This document shows positions 20,914-31,784 of a stretch of DNA of 64,000 bases, in pieces (within the stretch, counting starts at the first letter, position 1; each line of letters opens with the position of its first letter). The translations under genes and the position numbers were made by a program. Source of the DNA: an uncultured Solirubrobacterales bacterium (lineage in GTDB: Bacteria; Actinomycetota; Thermoleophilia; Solirubrobacterales; Solirubrobacteraceae); contig CAWEUN010000004.1 of the NCBI GenBank assembly GCA_963812225.1, forward strand, positions 106,308 through 170,307, in the 5' to 3' direction. The notes under the pieces were generated by a model, which made no database searches, had not been told where the DNA came from, and saw nothing but the letters and a program-made list of their open reading frames with translations.

Positions 20914-22523
20914 ACGAACGCGGCCAGATCGTCGTGTAGGGCCTGCTGCAGCAGGTCGATCTGGTTGATCCCGTCGCGCGCGGCGTTGGCGAGGGAGCGC
21001 TCGACCTCGAGACGGATGTCCTCCACGAGGCCATCGGCCTGCTCGATGAACGGCACGCCGCGGAAGATCACCTCGGTCGGCGCAACGGGTTCCCCGCTCT
21101 GCTCGGACACCGTGGCCACGACGATGAAGATCCCGTCGGCGGAGAGCATGCGGCGGTCGCGCAGCGCGACGTCCGCCGGATCGCCGATGTCGACGCCGTC
21201 GACGAAGATCATCCCCGACTGCACGGGCTCCCCGAACCGGGCCCCGCGCTCGTCGAGCTCCAGCGGCAGGCCGTTCTCGCCGCTGAACACGGCGCCGGGG
21301 TCGATACCGACGGCGTCGGCGAGCTCGGCGTGCAGCTGGATCCGCTTGTAGTCGCCGTGGACGGGCAGCACGTACCGAGGCTTGACGAGGTTGAGCATGA
21401 GCTTGAGCTCCTCGACGTAGCCGTGGCCGGAGGCGTGAATCGGAGCCTCGCGCGGGGTGATCACGTTGCAACCGATGTGGTAGAGGCGGTCTATCGTCTC
21501 CCCGACAGCCCGCTCGTTGCCGGGGATCGGTGTGGCCGAGAACACCACGGTGTCGCCGCTGCGGAGCTTGATCGCCCGGTGGTCGTTGTGAGCCATCCGT
21601 CTCAGCGCGGACAGCGGCTCCCCCTGCGACCCGGTGGAGATCACGATCACCTTGTGGTCGGGCCAGTCCTCGACCTCCTGGGGCTGGATCAGGATTCCCT
21701 CCGGCACCTCGATGTGGCCGAGGGAGCGCCCGATATTGACGTTCTTACGCATCGAGCGGCCCACCAGCGAGACCTTGCGGCCGAGAGCAGCGGCGGCGTC
21801 GATCACCTGTTGCACGCGATGGATGTTCGACGCGAAGCTGGTGACGATGATGCGTCCCTCGGCGTGCGCGAACACCTCCTCGAGGTGGGGCCCGACGGTG
21901 CGCTCCGAGGGCGAGAAGCCGGCGCGATCCGCGTTGGTCGAGTCGCCGCAGAGCAGCAGCAGGCCGTCGCGCCCGAGCTCGGCGAGCCGGGAGACGTCGG
22001 CCGGCGGCCCGTCGACGGGCGTCTGGTCGAACTTGTAGTCGCCGGTGACGAGCACGGTTCCCAGGTCGGTGCTCAGCGCCACCGCGCTCGAGTCCGGGAT
22101 CGAGTGGGTCATATGGATCAATTCGACGGTGAACGGCCCCGCCTCGATCTCCTCGCCGGGCTCGACGTCCTCGAGCTCGGCATCGCGCAGCCTGTGCTCG
22201 TCGAGCTTGGACCGTGCCATCGCGACAGTGAGCCGGCCGCCGTACACGACGGGAGCGTCATCGCCCAGCTCGCGCAGGACCCACGGCAACGCGCCGAGGT
22301 GATCCTCGTGCCCGTGCGTGATGACGATCGCCTCGATGTCACGTGCGCGGTCGCGCAGATAGCTGAAGTCGGGGAGCACGAGGTCGATCCCGAGCATGTC
22401 CGCGGTCGGGAACCGCAACCCCGTGTCGACGACGACGATCCGGTCCTCGTACTCGAAGACCGTCATGTTCTTGCCGATCTCGCCCAGACCGCCGAGCGGC
22501 AGGACGCGAAGGGTGCTGCTCAC
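20859..22523 (-). CDS. rnj: Ribonuclease J
   Basis: PLGGLGEIGKNM, THGHEDH, HASGH; GTG start at 22523. Confidence 0.97.
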   Translation of the reverse strand: MSSTLRVLPLGGLGEIGKNMTVFEYEDRIVVVDTGLRFPTADMLGIDLVLPDFSYLRDRARDIEAIVITHGHEDHLGALPWVLRELGDDAPVVYGGRLTVAMARSKLDEHRLRDAELEDVEPGEEIEAGPFTVELIHMTHSIPDSSAVALSTDLGTVLVTGDYKFDQTPVDGPPADVSRLAELGRDGLLLLCGDSTNADRAGFSPSERTVGPHLEEVFAHAEGRIIVTSFASNIHRVQQVIDAAAALGRKVSLVGRSMRKNVNIGRSLGHIEVPEGILIQPQEVEDWPDHKVIVISTGSQGEPLSALRRMAHNDHRAIKLRSGDTVVFSATPIPGNERAVGETIDRLYHIGCNVITPREAPIHASGHGYVEELKLMLNLVKPRYVLPVHGDYKRIQLHAELADAVGIDPGAVFSGENGLPLELDERGARFGEPVQSGMIFVDGVDIGDPADVALRDRRMLSADGIFIVVATVSEQSGEPVAPTEVIFRGVPFIEQADGLVEDIRLEVERSLANAARDGINQIDLLQQALHDDLAAFVYDRLRRRPMVLPVVVEV

Positions 22524-23380
22524 GCGGCGGTCGCGAGCATGCCGTGTCGCTCGAGCAGCTCTCGCACGGTCGCGGTCTCCGCCTCGTCGAGCTCCACGTA
22601 GGGAAGGCGCGGCGCGCCGACATCGAAGCCGAGGAGCGCGAGCGCGGCCTTGATGCTGCACGCCAGAGGCGCGATCCCCAGGTCGCGGTAGACGTCCTTG
22701 AGGCCGTCGTCGATCTCGCGCCGGCGGTCGGGTTCATCGACCATGCGCCGCATCTCATCGCCGAAGACGTGGCTGGCGACGAGTATCCCGCCGGCCTCGC
22801 CGAGGTCGAGCACGTCGGCGAACAGGTCGTCGTTGCCGGCGTAGATCCGGAGCCCGTCGATCTTCGCGAGGTTCGCCGGGTTGGCCTGCTTGACGGCGAC
22901 GATGTTGTCGAGCTGGGCGAGCTCGGCAAGCAGATCGTTGGGCAGGTCGGCAGCGGTGCGCTGGGGGATGTTGTAGAGGACGATCGGCAGGTCGGTCGCC
23001 CGGCAGACTTCCTCGTAATGGCGGACGATCCCGCGCCGGCTGGGACGGTTGTAGTAGGGGTTGACCGAGAGGAGCGCGTCGGGCCGGAACTCCGTCGCGC
23101 GTTCGGTGAGATGCACGGCGTGACGCGTGTCGTTGGATCCGACGCCGGCGACGATCGTGCAACGGCCCCTCATCTCCTCCGCCGCGAGGCGGATCATCCC
23201 CAGGTGCTCGTCGTCATCGAGCGTCGTCGCCTCGCCAGTGGTGCCGCAGATGACGAGTCCGTCGGAGCCGTGATCGCACAGGTGGTGCATGAGGCGCACG
23301 GCGGCGTCTTCGTCGACACGGCCCCGGGTATCAAAAGGCGTGACCATCGCGGTCAGGATCGCGCCGAGATTCACGGTCAT
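22520..23380 (-). CDS. dapA: 4-hydroxy-tetrahydrodipicolinate synthase
   Basis: GTTGE, PYYNRP, YNIPQRT, AVKQA. Confidence 0.96.
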   Translation of the reverse strand: MTVNLGAILTAMVTPFDTRGRVDEDAAVRLMHHLCDHGSDGLVICGTTGEATTLDDDEHLGMIRLAAEEMRGRCTIVAGVGSNDTRHAVHLTERATEFRPDALLSVNPYYNRPSRRGIVRHYEEVCRATDLPIVLYNIPQRTAADLPNDLLAELAQLDNIVAVKQANPANLAKIDGLRIYAGNDDLFADVLDLGEAGGILVASHVFGDEMRRMVDEPDRRREIDDGLKDVYRDLGIAPLACSIKAALALLGFDVGAPRLPYVELDEAETATVRELLERHGMLATAA

Positions 23381-23422
23381 CGCGTCTGATTATCGCAGGG
23401 GCAGCCGTCGTAAGGCTCGGCG

Positions 23423-23917
23423 CTACCGCTTCTGCTGACCGCCCCAGCCGAGGACCGAGAACGGCCGCATGACCCCACCGAGGTCCTCGTGGTGTGGCGC
23501 CGGTGTCGTCGCCACGGCGGGCTTCGGCGGCTGAGATACGACGTGCGATACGGGCGCCCCGGTGAGCCTTCCGATTCTTTCCGGCAGCGCGGCGTGGAGC
23601 CATTTGGAGATCTTGCTGGGCAGCGTGGAGACGACGATCTCGTCGTAGCGCTTCGGATCCCATGCATCGGTGACGGCCACGATCGGGTCCGGCGCGCCGA
23701 CCTGTCCCTCTGCCTCGAGGCCCGCCTCGCGCATCCGCGTCAGCGCCGCCGAGAGCATGTCCGCCGCGGCCGTCCGTCCGCCTCCGAATGTCGTGGCGGG
23801 AACGACCAGCATGAAGCTGATCGGCTCACGCGCGGCGCGCGCCACGAGCTCGGCTACGAGCTCATCCGACGTCGCCGTCACATTTGCGACAACAAGAATG
23901 TTCCGCTTCCACGCCAC
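23423..23917 (-). CDS. USP-like hypothetical protein
   Basis: ILVVAN..T, DEIVVSTLP..SKWL pattern typical of small actinobacterial USP-fold proteins. Confidence 0.6.
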   Translation of the reverse strand: MAWKRNILVVANVTATSDELVAELVARAAREPISFMLVVPATTFGGGRTAAADMLSAALTRMREAGLEAEGQVGAPDPIVAVTDAWDPKRYDEIVVSTLPSKISKWLHAALPERIGRLTGAPVSHVVSQPPKPAVATTPAPHHEDLGGVMRPFSVLGWGGQQKR

Positions 23918-24044
23918 CGTAATTCCTCTGGGGTCGGAAACACGTTAGCGCTTGGAACATACCTGCCCCGCCGGTGCCCAAACATGGCCGGTTGGATAAG
24001 TGCACACAAATTAAGCGCGCCCAAATGTTGACGGAAGGGGGCAT

Positions 24045-25424
24045 TTAAGAAGACGAAGCCGCGGCGATCTTCTGCGCGTCGCTCTCGCCCTTGCCTCTTA
24101 CGAGCGGTCCCTCGTACGCGCCCGGTTTCGGCCGGACCTTCCCGCCGGGGAACGCGAGTCGCAGGATCGTCCGCTGCACGGAGCCGAGCTGCTTGTGGAA
24201 CGGGCCGCTGTTGTAGGGCAGGCCGTACTGGATGCAGATCTCGCGCACCTTCGGCGCAATTTCCCCATACCGCGTGCTCGGCATGTCCGGGAACAGGTGA
24301 TGCTCGACCTGATAGCCGAGATTGCCGCTGAGCACGTGGAAGAGCGGGCCGCCGTCGATGTTCGCCGCGCCCGTCAGCTGGCGGACGTACCAGCTGCCGC
24401 GCGTCTCGTCGTCTACCTCCTCCTCGGTGAACGTGTACGTCTGATCCGGGAAGTGGCCGCAGAAGATGATCGCGTAGGACCACACGTTGCGGATCACGTT
24501 CGCGGCGATGTTCGCGGTCAGCGTCCGCCGAAACGGCTCGCGGAACGAGCGCCGCTCGACGAGCTGCCTGATGACCTCGCCGTGCCTGGGCCGCTTGCCC
24601 CGTAGCCGCCGGGCGAGGCGCTCGGCCTGCACCTTCGGGTTGCGCCGACGGCCGTCGCTCCTCGCCTGGACGCTGAAGATCGCGGCTTCGATCGCCGCCA
24701 TGACGAGCCCGCTGACCAGCGGCCAAGCGAGGTAGTCCTTCTGGATCTGGGTGCGCGCCTTGCCGGCGATCCCCTTCAGCTCCTTGCGTACCTGGGCCTG
24801 GCTCTTCTCGCCCTTGCGGATTGCGTCGAAGTCGAGGTCGTGCACGGCCACGCCCCATTCGAACAGTGCCATCAGCACGACGTTGTAGATCGGCTGAAGC
24901 AGGTAGAACGGGTACCACTTCTGATGCGGATCGATCCGCATGATCTCGTAGCCGAGGTCCCGGTCCTTGCCGAGGATGTTCGTGTAGGTGTGGTGGACGT
25001 AGTTGTGGGAGTGGCGCCAAGCCTCGGCGGTCGAGGCCGTGTCCCAGTCCCAGGCCCTCGAGTTGATCACCGGATCGTTCATCCAGTCCCACTGGCCATG
25101 CAGGACGTTGTGGCCGATCTCCATGTTCTCGAGAATCTTCGCCAGGCCGAGCGTCATCGCCCCCAGGGCCCACGGGAGCCGCCACCGCGATGCGATCAGC
25201 TCCGCACGGCCGATCAGAGCGAGCCGGCGCTGGAGCGCGATCATCGACCGGATGTAGCGCGCGTCGCGGTCACCGAGGTCCGCTCTTACCTGCTCGTGCA
25301 GCTCGTCGAACTGCCGCCCGATCTCCTCGATCTGCTCCGGGCTCAGGCGCTGCAAAGGGTTTTCGGGCTCGTCGCCTGTGACCCGCCCATTGGTGCGATG
25401 TCCGTTTTCAGTGGCGGTCGACAT
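24045..25424 (-). CDS. Acyl-CoA (fatty acid) desaturase, DesA3-like
   Basis: His boxes HNVLH, HNYVHH, QVEHHLFP. Confidence 0.93.
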   Translation of the reverse strand: MSTATENGHRTNGRVTGDEPENPLQRLSPEQIEEIGRQFDELHEQVRADLGDRDARYIRSMIALQRRLALIGRAELIASRWRLPWALGAMTLGLAKILENMEIGHNVLHGQWDWMNDPVINSRAWDWDTASTAEAWRHSHNYVHHTYTNILGKDRDLGYEIMRIDPHQKWYPFYLLQPIYNVVLMALFEWGVAVHDLDFDAIRKGEKSQAQVRKELKGIAGKARTQIQKDYLAWPLVSGLVMAAIEAAIFSVQARSDGRRRNPKVQAERLARRLRGKRPRHGEVIRQLVERRSFREPFRRTLTANIAANVIRNVWSYAIIFCGHFPDQTYTFTEEEVDDETRGSWYVRQLTGAANIDGGPLFHVLSGNLGYQVEHHLFPDMPSTRYGEIAPKVREICIQYGLPYNSGPFHKQLGSVQRTILRLAFPGGKVRPKPGAYEGPLVRGKGESDAQKIAAASSS

Positions 25425-25452
25425 GCGTGTCTCCTAGCTCGTTCGTGGATTC

Positions 25453-26553
25453 CTACAGCTCGATTTCGATCGGTCCCTCCGGCGCGCTGATGCACGTCCG
25501 GATCATCTCCCCCGCCTGTCCGTAGACCTTTCCGTTGCGGAGGTCACGGACGCGCCCCGAGCGGAGCTCGGCGACGCACGTGTGGCAGATGCCCTCCCGG
25601 CACCCAAACGGCAACTCCAGACCGGCCTCCTCGCCGGCCACCAGGATCGGGACGTGCCCGTCCGATTCGGCCGGGCAATCGGACTTCACGAACTTGATCT
25701 CCCCGCCCTCGCCCTCGCCCGCCTGCCTCAAGCCGAGCTTCGGCTGGAAGCGCTCCATGTGCAGGCGATCGCAGTCCGCGTCGTGCTCGAAGTACTCGAA
25801 GAACGCATCGAGCATCTCGTTTGGGCCGGAGATGTAGACCTCGCGCTCGCGCCAGTCAGGGCACAGGCGGTCGAGGTCCTCGGGACCCATCCGCCCGGCC
25901 TTGCCGGTGAGCTGCTCGTGGAGCTTGAACCCGTCGCGCCGCTCCGCGAGGTCGCGAAGCTCATCCCCGAAGATCACCTCGTCGGCGTGCCGGGCGGAGT
26001 GCAGCAGCACGGCATCGTTCAGCTCGTCCTCGTGGTCGAGGTGCCGGAGCATGCTCATGATCGGCGTCACCCCGCTGCCGGCGCTGATGAACAACAGGTT
26101 CCTCGGTGGCTCCTCGGGCAGCACGAAATCGCCCTCGATCTTGCTGAGCGAGACGATCGTCCCCGGCTTGGCCCGACCGACCAGGTACGGGGAGACGACG
26201 CCCTCGTCCACCCGCTTCGGAGTGATGCTGATTAGCCCGTCCTCGCGGTACGGGTCCGAGGTCAGCGAGTACGCGCGCCAGTGGCGCACCCCGTCGATGT
26301 CGATCCCGATACGGACAAACTGCCCGGGCCTGTGGCCGGGCCAGCGGTACCCGGGCTTGATCATGATCGTCGCGGCCTGCTCGGTTTCGTGTCTGATCCG
26401 CTCAATCCGGCCGCGAAGCTCCCGCGTGGACCACAGCGGGTTGATCATCTCCAGGTAGTCGTCCGGCAGGAGCGGGCTGCTCAGCGCGCCGAGCGCGCGC
26501 AGGACGCGACGCTGGACCGGATGGACGTTGGGGGGTGCCCCCTTCTCAGGCAT
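25453..26553 (-). CDS. Ferredoxin-NAD(P) reductase-like partner of the desaturase (FNR + 2Fe-2S)
   Basis: RAYSL, AGSGVTP, GCREGICHTC...RTC; ATG at 26553. Confidence 0.92.
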   Translation of the reverse strand: MPEKGAPPNVHPVQRRVLRALGALSSPLLPDDYLEMINPLWSTRELRGRIERIRHETEQAATIMIKPGYRWPGHRPGQFVRIGIDIDGVRHWRAYSLTSDPYREDGLISITPKRVDEGVVSPYLVGRAKPGTIVSLSKIEGDFVLPEEPPRNLLFISAGSGVTPIMSMLRHLDHEDELNDAVLLHSARHADEVIFGDELRDLAERRDGFKLHEQLTGKAGRMGPEDLDRLCPDWREREVYISGPNEMLDAFFEYFEHDADCDRLHMERFQPKLGLRQAGEGEGGEIKFVKSDCPAESDGHVPILVAGEEAGLELPFGCREGICHTCVAELRSGRVRDLRNGKVYGQAGEMIRTCISAPEGPIEIEL

Positions 26554-26692
26554 GCACGGGCGGCGGTTCGAACGGCATCTACCGGTGAGTAATATCCAGC
26601 TGGGTACATTCCCTAACGTGGTCGTATCCGCACGCACCGCGAGTTCAGGCGACGCTGTAGGCCGTCCGCCGCGTAAGCACGGCACCCGCGGG

Positions 26693-27322
26693 ATGCCTCG
26701 CGAGATCCGCGAGCAGCTCATTCTCGACGTCGCCGGACGGGTTTTTGCCCGCGGCGACTACCACTCATCCTCGATGGACGAGATCGCCGCGTTGGCCGGG
26801 ATCTCGAAGCCGATGCTGTACACGTATTTCGGCTCCAAGGAGGGTCTGTACGTCGCCTACATCGACCGGACCGGACGCGAGCTCCTGGACCGCCTCATGG
26901 CCGCCGCCGCGCTCGACGACCCGTCGCTGTCCGCGCTTCGGGAGCGAAGCCTCGAGTTCTTCGCGTTCGTCGAAGAGCATCGCGATGGGTGGATCGTGCT
27001 GTTCCGCGAGGTGACGTCCTCCCGCCCCGTGGCTGAGCGGGTCGCCGAGCTGAGGACCCGGATCGCAGCCGCCGTGCGCGAAATGATCGACGGCTCCGTC
27101 GCCGCCGATGCGCAGCTCGAGCCGCAGAAGTCGGATGCGATCGCCCACGCCACCGTCGGGGCGGGCGAGTCGCTCGCCAACTGGTGGCTCGAGCACCCCG
27201 ACGTCCCCCGCGAGCAGCTCGCCGACTGGTACGTGGGCATCGTCCGGGCGGCCGTCGGCTCGGCGATGTCCGGCGATACACAGCGCCACATGCTCGGGCC
27301 CTCGAGGCAGAGCCCCCTCTAG
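26693..27322 (+). CDS. TetR-family regulator, divergent from the desaturase operon
   Basis: SMDEIAALAGISKPMLYTYFGSKE HTH. Start could instead be the GTG near 26618. Confidence 0.88.
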   Translation: MPREIREQLILDVAGRVFARGDYHSSSMDEIAALAGISKPMLYTYFGSKEGLYVAYIDRTGRELLDRLMAAAALDDPSLSALRERSLEFFAFVEEHRDGWIVLFREVTSSRPVAERVAELRTRIAAAVREMIDGSVAADAQLEPQKSDAIAHATVGAGESLANWWLEHPDVPREQLADWYVGIVRAAVGSAMSGDTQRHMLGPSRQSPL

Positions 27323-27324
27323 TA

Positions 27325-27990
27325 CTACGACAGCAGCGTCTCGAGCCCGACCGTCAACGGCTCGGGGAGATCGCCGACGCGCCGGATCGCCAGCAGCACG
27401 CCGGGCATGAACGACTCGCGGTCGGTCGAGTCGTGGCGGATCGTCAGCGTCTGCCCGACGTCGCCGAAGATCACCTCCTGGTGCGCGACCAGCCCGGGTA
27501 GCCGCACCGAATGGATCGGGACCTCGCTCTCGCTCCCGGCTGCCGCCGCGAGCAGCGCGGCGGTTCGGGCGGCGGTCCCGCTGGGGGCGTCGACCTTGCT
27601 GTCGTGGTGGAGCTCGATGATCTCGGCGCGGGCCATGTGGCGCGCGGCCTGGGCCGCGAACTGCATCATCAGCACGGCGCCGATCGCGAAGTTGGGGGCG
27701 ACGAAGATGTTCGCGCCCGTGAGGCCGCGGAGCTCGAGCGGGTCGAACCCGGTGGTTCCGATCACCACGTTGACGCCGGCGCCGACCGCCTGCTTAGCGT
27801 TCTCGACCGCTGTCGACGGGAGCGTGAAGTCCACGAGCACGTCCGGCCCCGCTTTCAGCGCGTCCGCGACCGAGCTGCCGAGCGCGGGGTCCGCGCGCGC
27901 CGCGAGCTCCATGTCCGGGGCCTCCTCAACGGCGCGGCACACGGTCGCGCCCATCCGCCCCGCCGCGCCGGCGACCGCGACGCGGATCAC
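27325..27990 (-). CDS. dapB: 4-hydroxy-tetrahydrodipicolinate reductase
   Basis: GAAGRMG, GTTG, ELHH..KVDAPSGTA. Confidence 0.96.
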   Translation of the reverse strand: MIRVAVAGAAGRMGATVCRAVEEAPDMELAARADPALGSSVADALKAGPDVLVDFTLPSTAVENAKQAVGAGVNVVIGTTGFDPLELRGLTGANIFVAPNFAIGAVLMMQFAAQAARHMARAEIIELHHDSKVDAPSGTAARTAALLAAAAGSESEVPIHSVRLPGLVAHQEVIFGDVGQTLTIRHDSTDRESFMPGVLLAIRRVGDLPEPLTVGLETLLS

Positions 27991-29264
27991 ACCACGCCCG
28001 CCGCCGTGATCGCGTTCAGCGCGTCGTCGAAATGGCCTTCGTCGGGGCCGATGCCCGCGCTCGAGAGGCGCTCCGGCGCCCACAGCTCCTGCACGAGCCC
28101 GGCAAGATCGTCGACGGTGACCGCGTCAATCTGCTCCACGACCTCGTCGAGCGACAACAGCGGCGCGCCGGCGAGGATCTCCGAACCAAGCCGGTTCATC
28201 CTCGCCCCCGTCGACTCGAGCGAGAGGACGACGCGGCCCTTCAGGTTCTCCTTGGCGCGCACGAGCTCCTCGCTCGTGGCCGGCTCCTCGCGTATGCGGC
28301 TGAGCTCCGCGCCGACGACCGCCATCGCCTCGGCGAGGTTGTCGGGGCGCGTGCCCACGTATAGGCCGACCTGACCGGTGTCCTGGTAGCCGCTCGTGAA
28401 CGAGTAGACGGCGTAGGCAAGGCCGCGGCGCTCGCGCACCTCCTGGAACAACCGCGAGGAGGATGTGCCACCGAAGATCGTGTCCAGGACCCGCAGGGCG
28501 AAGCGCCGGTCGTCGTGGCGAGAGAGCCCCGGGCCGCCGAGGCACACGTGGTACTGCTCGGTGTCCTTGCGCTCGAACAACCGGCGACCGGCGCCCGGTG
28601 TGGGGGGCTCGAGCAGCGGCAGAGCGCCCGGGGCAGTGCCGTTGGGGACGCGCTCGGCGGCGAGCTGTACAACCTGGTCGTGGTCGATCGCGCCCGCGGC
28701 GGAGATGACCACGTTGGACGGCCGATACCGGGCCGCGTGGAAGCGCGCGATTTCGGAGGTCGGTGTGTTGGCGATCACGGGCGCGCGGCCGATGATCGCC
28801 CGGCCGAGCGGGTGCTCACCAAACACCGCCTGGCCGAGCACGTCGAACACCTTCTCCTGGGGATCGTCCTCGTACATGGCGATCTCCTCGAGGATCACGG
28901 CGCGCTCGGAGTCGACATCGTCCAGCGCCGGCCGGAAGACCATGTCGGCCATCACGTCGAACGCATCGGCGAGATGCTGATCGATCACGCGCGCGTAGAC
29001 CGAGGTGGTCTCCTTGCCCGTGCCCGCGTTGAGCTCGGCGCCCATCCCGTCGAAGATCTGGTCGATCTCGAGCGAGGTGTACTTCGAGGAGCCCTTGAAC
29101 AGCAGGTGCTCGAGCAGGTGGGAGAGCCCGGCCTCGTCATCGCTCTCGGCGCGGCTTCCCGTCCCGATCCACAACCCGAGCGACACGGATCGGACGGAGG
29201 GCATCGCCTCCGTCACGATCCTGACGCCCGACTCGAGCGTCGTCAGTCTGTGCTCCTGCTTCAC
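27987..29264 (-). CDS. M16 family zinc peptidase
   Basis: HLLEH inverted zinc motif, VRERRGLAYAVYS; located downstream of pnp. Confidence 0.93.
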   Translation of the reverse strand: MKQEHRLTTLESGVRIVTEAMPSVRSVSLGLWIGTGSRAESDDEAGLSHLLEHLLFKGSSKYTSLEIDQIFDGMGAELNAGTGKETTSVYARVIDQHLADAFDVMADMVFRPALDDVDSERAVILEEIAMYEDDPQEKVFDVLGQAVFGEHPLGRAIIGRAPVIANTPTSEIARFHAARYRPSNVVISAAGAIDHDQVVQLAAERVPNGTAPGALPLLEPPTPGAGRRLFERKDTEQYHVCLGGPGLSRHDDRRFALRVLDTIFGGTSSSRLFQEVRERRGLAYAVYSFTSGYQDTGQVGLYVGTRPDNLAEAMAVVGAELSRIREEPATSEELVRAKENLKGRVVLSLESTGARMNRLGSEILAGAPLLSLDEVVEQIDAVTVDDLAGLVQELWAPERLSSAGIGPDEGHFDDALNAITAAGVV

Positions 29265-29274
29265 GGGGCGGGGG

Positions 29275-31583
29275 CTACGAGCGCGGGCGATCGGGATCCC
29301 GATCGCGCACTCGCCCACGGTCACGGTCGCGGTCCCCGTCACGGTCGCGGTCCCGATCGCGATCGCGCGGACCCCGGTCCCGGCCACGTCCGTCCCGGCG
29401 GTCCCCACGGTCCCGGCCGCCGCGTGGCGGACCGCTGTCGCCGGTGCCGACCGCGGCCAGCTCCTCGACGCTCTTGCCCGCGACGTCGGGATCGCTGGCG
29501 AGCCGGAGGCCGATGCGGCCGCGCTCGCGGTCGACCTCGACCACGCGGACCTCGACGTCGTCGCCCTTGTTGAGGACTTCCTCGACGGTGGCGATCCGGC
29601 GGCCGGGGGCGATGTTCGAGATGTGCAGGAGGCCGTCGGTGCCCTTGGAGAGCTCGACGAAGGCACCGAACGCGGTCGTCTTCACGACCTTGCCGGTGAA
29701 TTCGTCGCCGACCTCGACCTCCTTGGTCATCGCCCGGATCCGGTCCACGAGCGCGTCTCCACGCTCGCCGTTGGCCGCGTACACGAGCACCTGGCCCTCG
29801 TCGTTGACGTCGATCTGGGCCTCGTACTCCTCCTGCAGGGCGCGGATCGTCTCGCCACCCTTGCCGATCAGCAGGCCGATCTTCTCGGGATCGATCTGGA
29901 CGGTCGAGATGCGCGGGGCGTGCTTGGAGAGCTCGGCGCGCGGCGCGTCGATCACCTTGGCCATCTCGCCGAGGATGAAGTTGCGGGCGACCTGGGCCTG
30001 CGACAGCGCATCGCGCAGGATGTCGAACGTGACCCCGCTGATCTTGATGTCCATCTGCAGCGCGGTGATGCCGCGGTCCGTGCCGGCGACCTTGAAGTCC
30101 ATGTCGCCGAGGTGGTCCTCGACGCCGGCGATGTCGGTGAGGATGATGTAGTCGTCGCCCTCCTTGATCAGGCCCATCGCGATCCCCGCGACGGCGCTCT
30201 TGATCGGTACGCCTGCGTCCATGAGGCTCAGGGTCGAGCCACACACGGAGGCCATCGAGCTCGAGCCATTGGACTCGAGGATGTCCGAGACGACGCGGAT
30301 CGTGTACGGGAACTCCTCCTGGCTAGGGATCATGGGCACGAGTGCCCGCTCGGCGAGCGCCCCGTGGCCGATGTCGCGGCGCTTGGGGCCGCGCATGAAG
30401 CCCGCCTCCCCGACCGAGAACGGCGGGAAGTTGTAGTGGTGGAAGTAGCGCTTCGCGGTCTCCAGGCCCAGCGTGTCGAGCCGCATCTCCTCGCGCGTGG
30501 TACCGAGCGCGACGACGCTCAGCGCCTGGGTCTGGCCGCGCGTGAACAGCGCCGAACCGTGGGTGCGGGGCGCCACGCCGACCTCGATGCTGATCGGTCG
30601 GATCTCGTCGGAGGTCCGTCCGTCCGGGCGCTTCTTCTGGACCGCGATCCGCTCGCGGATGATCGTCTTCTCGAGCTTGTCGAAGACGAGCTGCGCGGCG
30701 GCGCGCCGCTCGGCGTAGCCCTCGGACTCGGGATCGCCGGCGTACTGGGTGAGGATCTGCTCCTCGACCGCCTTGGTGGCGTCCTGGCGCTCGAGCTTAT
30801 CCTCCACCTGGGTGGCGGCGTCGAGCGCGGCGCCCTGGGAGTTCTTGATCTCCTCGTACAGCGCCGGATCGGCCTGCGGGACCTCGACGTCGAGCTTCGG
30901 CTTGCCGGCCTGCTCGGCGAGCTCACGCTGGATCTGGCAGAGCTTCTTGATCTCCTCGTGCGCGATATCGAGCGCGTCGAGGATCTCCGCCTCGGGGATC
31001 TCGTTCGCGCCGGCCTCCACCATCAGGATCGCGTCGTCGGTGCCGGCGACGATCAGGTCGAGGTCGGTGTTCTCGACGAGGTCCTCCTCGCTCGGATTGA
31101 CCACGAAGTTCCCATCGATCTTGCCGATCCGGACGGCGCCGACCGGGGTCGGGAACGGGATCTGCGAGACCATCAGCGCCGCGGAGGCGCCGTTCATGGC
31201 GAGGATGTCGTACGGGTTGACGTGGTCAACGCTTACGGGGAGGGCGACCAGTTGGGTCTCGTAGCGCCATCCCTTGGGGAACAGCGGGCGGATCGGGCGG
31301 TCGATCAGCCTGGCGGTGAGCGTCGCTTTCTCGCCGGCGCGACCCTCCCGCTTAAGAACGAACCGGGGATCTTCCCGGCCGCATACATCCGCTCTTCGAC
31401 GTCAACCGTCAGGGGGAGGAAGTCCACATCCCGGAGGTTGCCGGCGGTGGCGGTGCAAAGAACCATGGTGTCGCCACTGCGGACGACGACGGCGCCGGAG
31501 GCCTGCTTGGCCAACTTGCCGGTCTCGAACGAGATCTCGTTGCCCTCGATCTCGGCAGACACGCGCGTAACGGCGTCAGACAT
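29275..31583 (-). CDS. pnp: Polyribonucleotide nucleotidyltransferase, with a 1-nt frameshift near 31353
   Basis: N-terminal frame MSDAVTRV...GKIPGSF; second frame KREGR...[11 protein letters not shown]...[17 protein letters not shown] and S1 domains. Confidence 0.95.
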
Positions 31584-31784
31584 ATTCAATTCCCTTCTTG
31601 CTCCACCCTTCGGTCGGCGGAGTTCTTCGTTTCTCTGTTTTATTCCGAACACCATTGATGGTAGCGGGATTGGCCGTCTGAGCCGGGGTTCAAGCCCGGT
31701 GTTTGTGGGGTTTGGTGGGGGTTTGTGGCCTGTGTGGCGTGGACGGTAGGGCGCGTGCCGGGGCAGCGGAACAGGCGTCTGCGC

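Noticed and set aside
31345-31362. Programmed ribosomal frameshift in pnp
   Set aside because: No X XXY YYZ slippery heptamer; an error or point deletion is more parsimonious.
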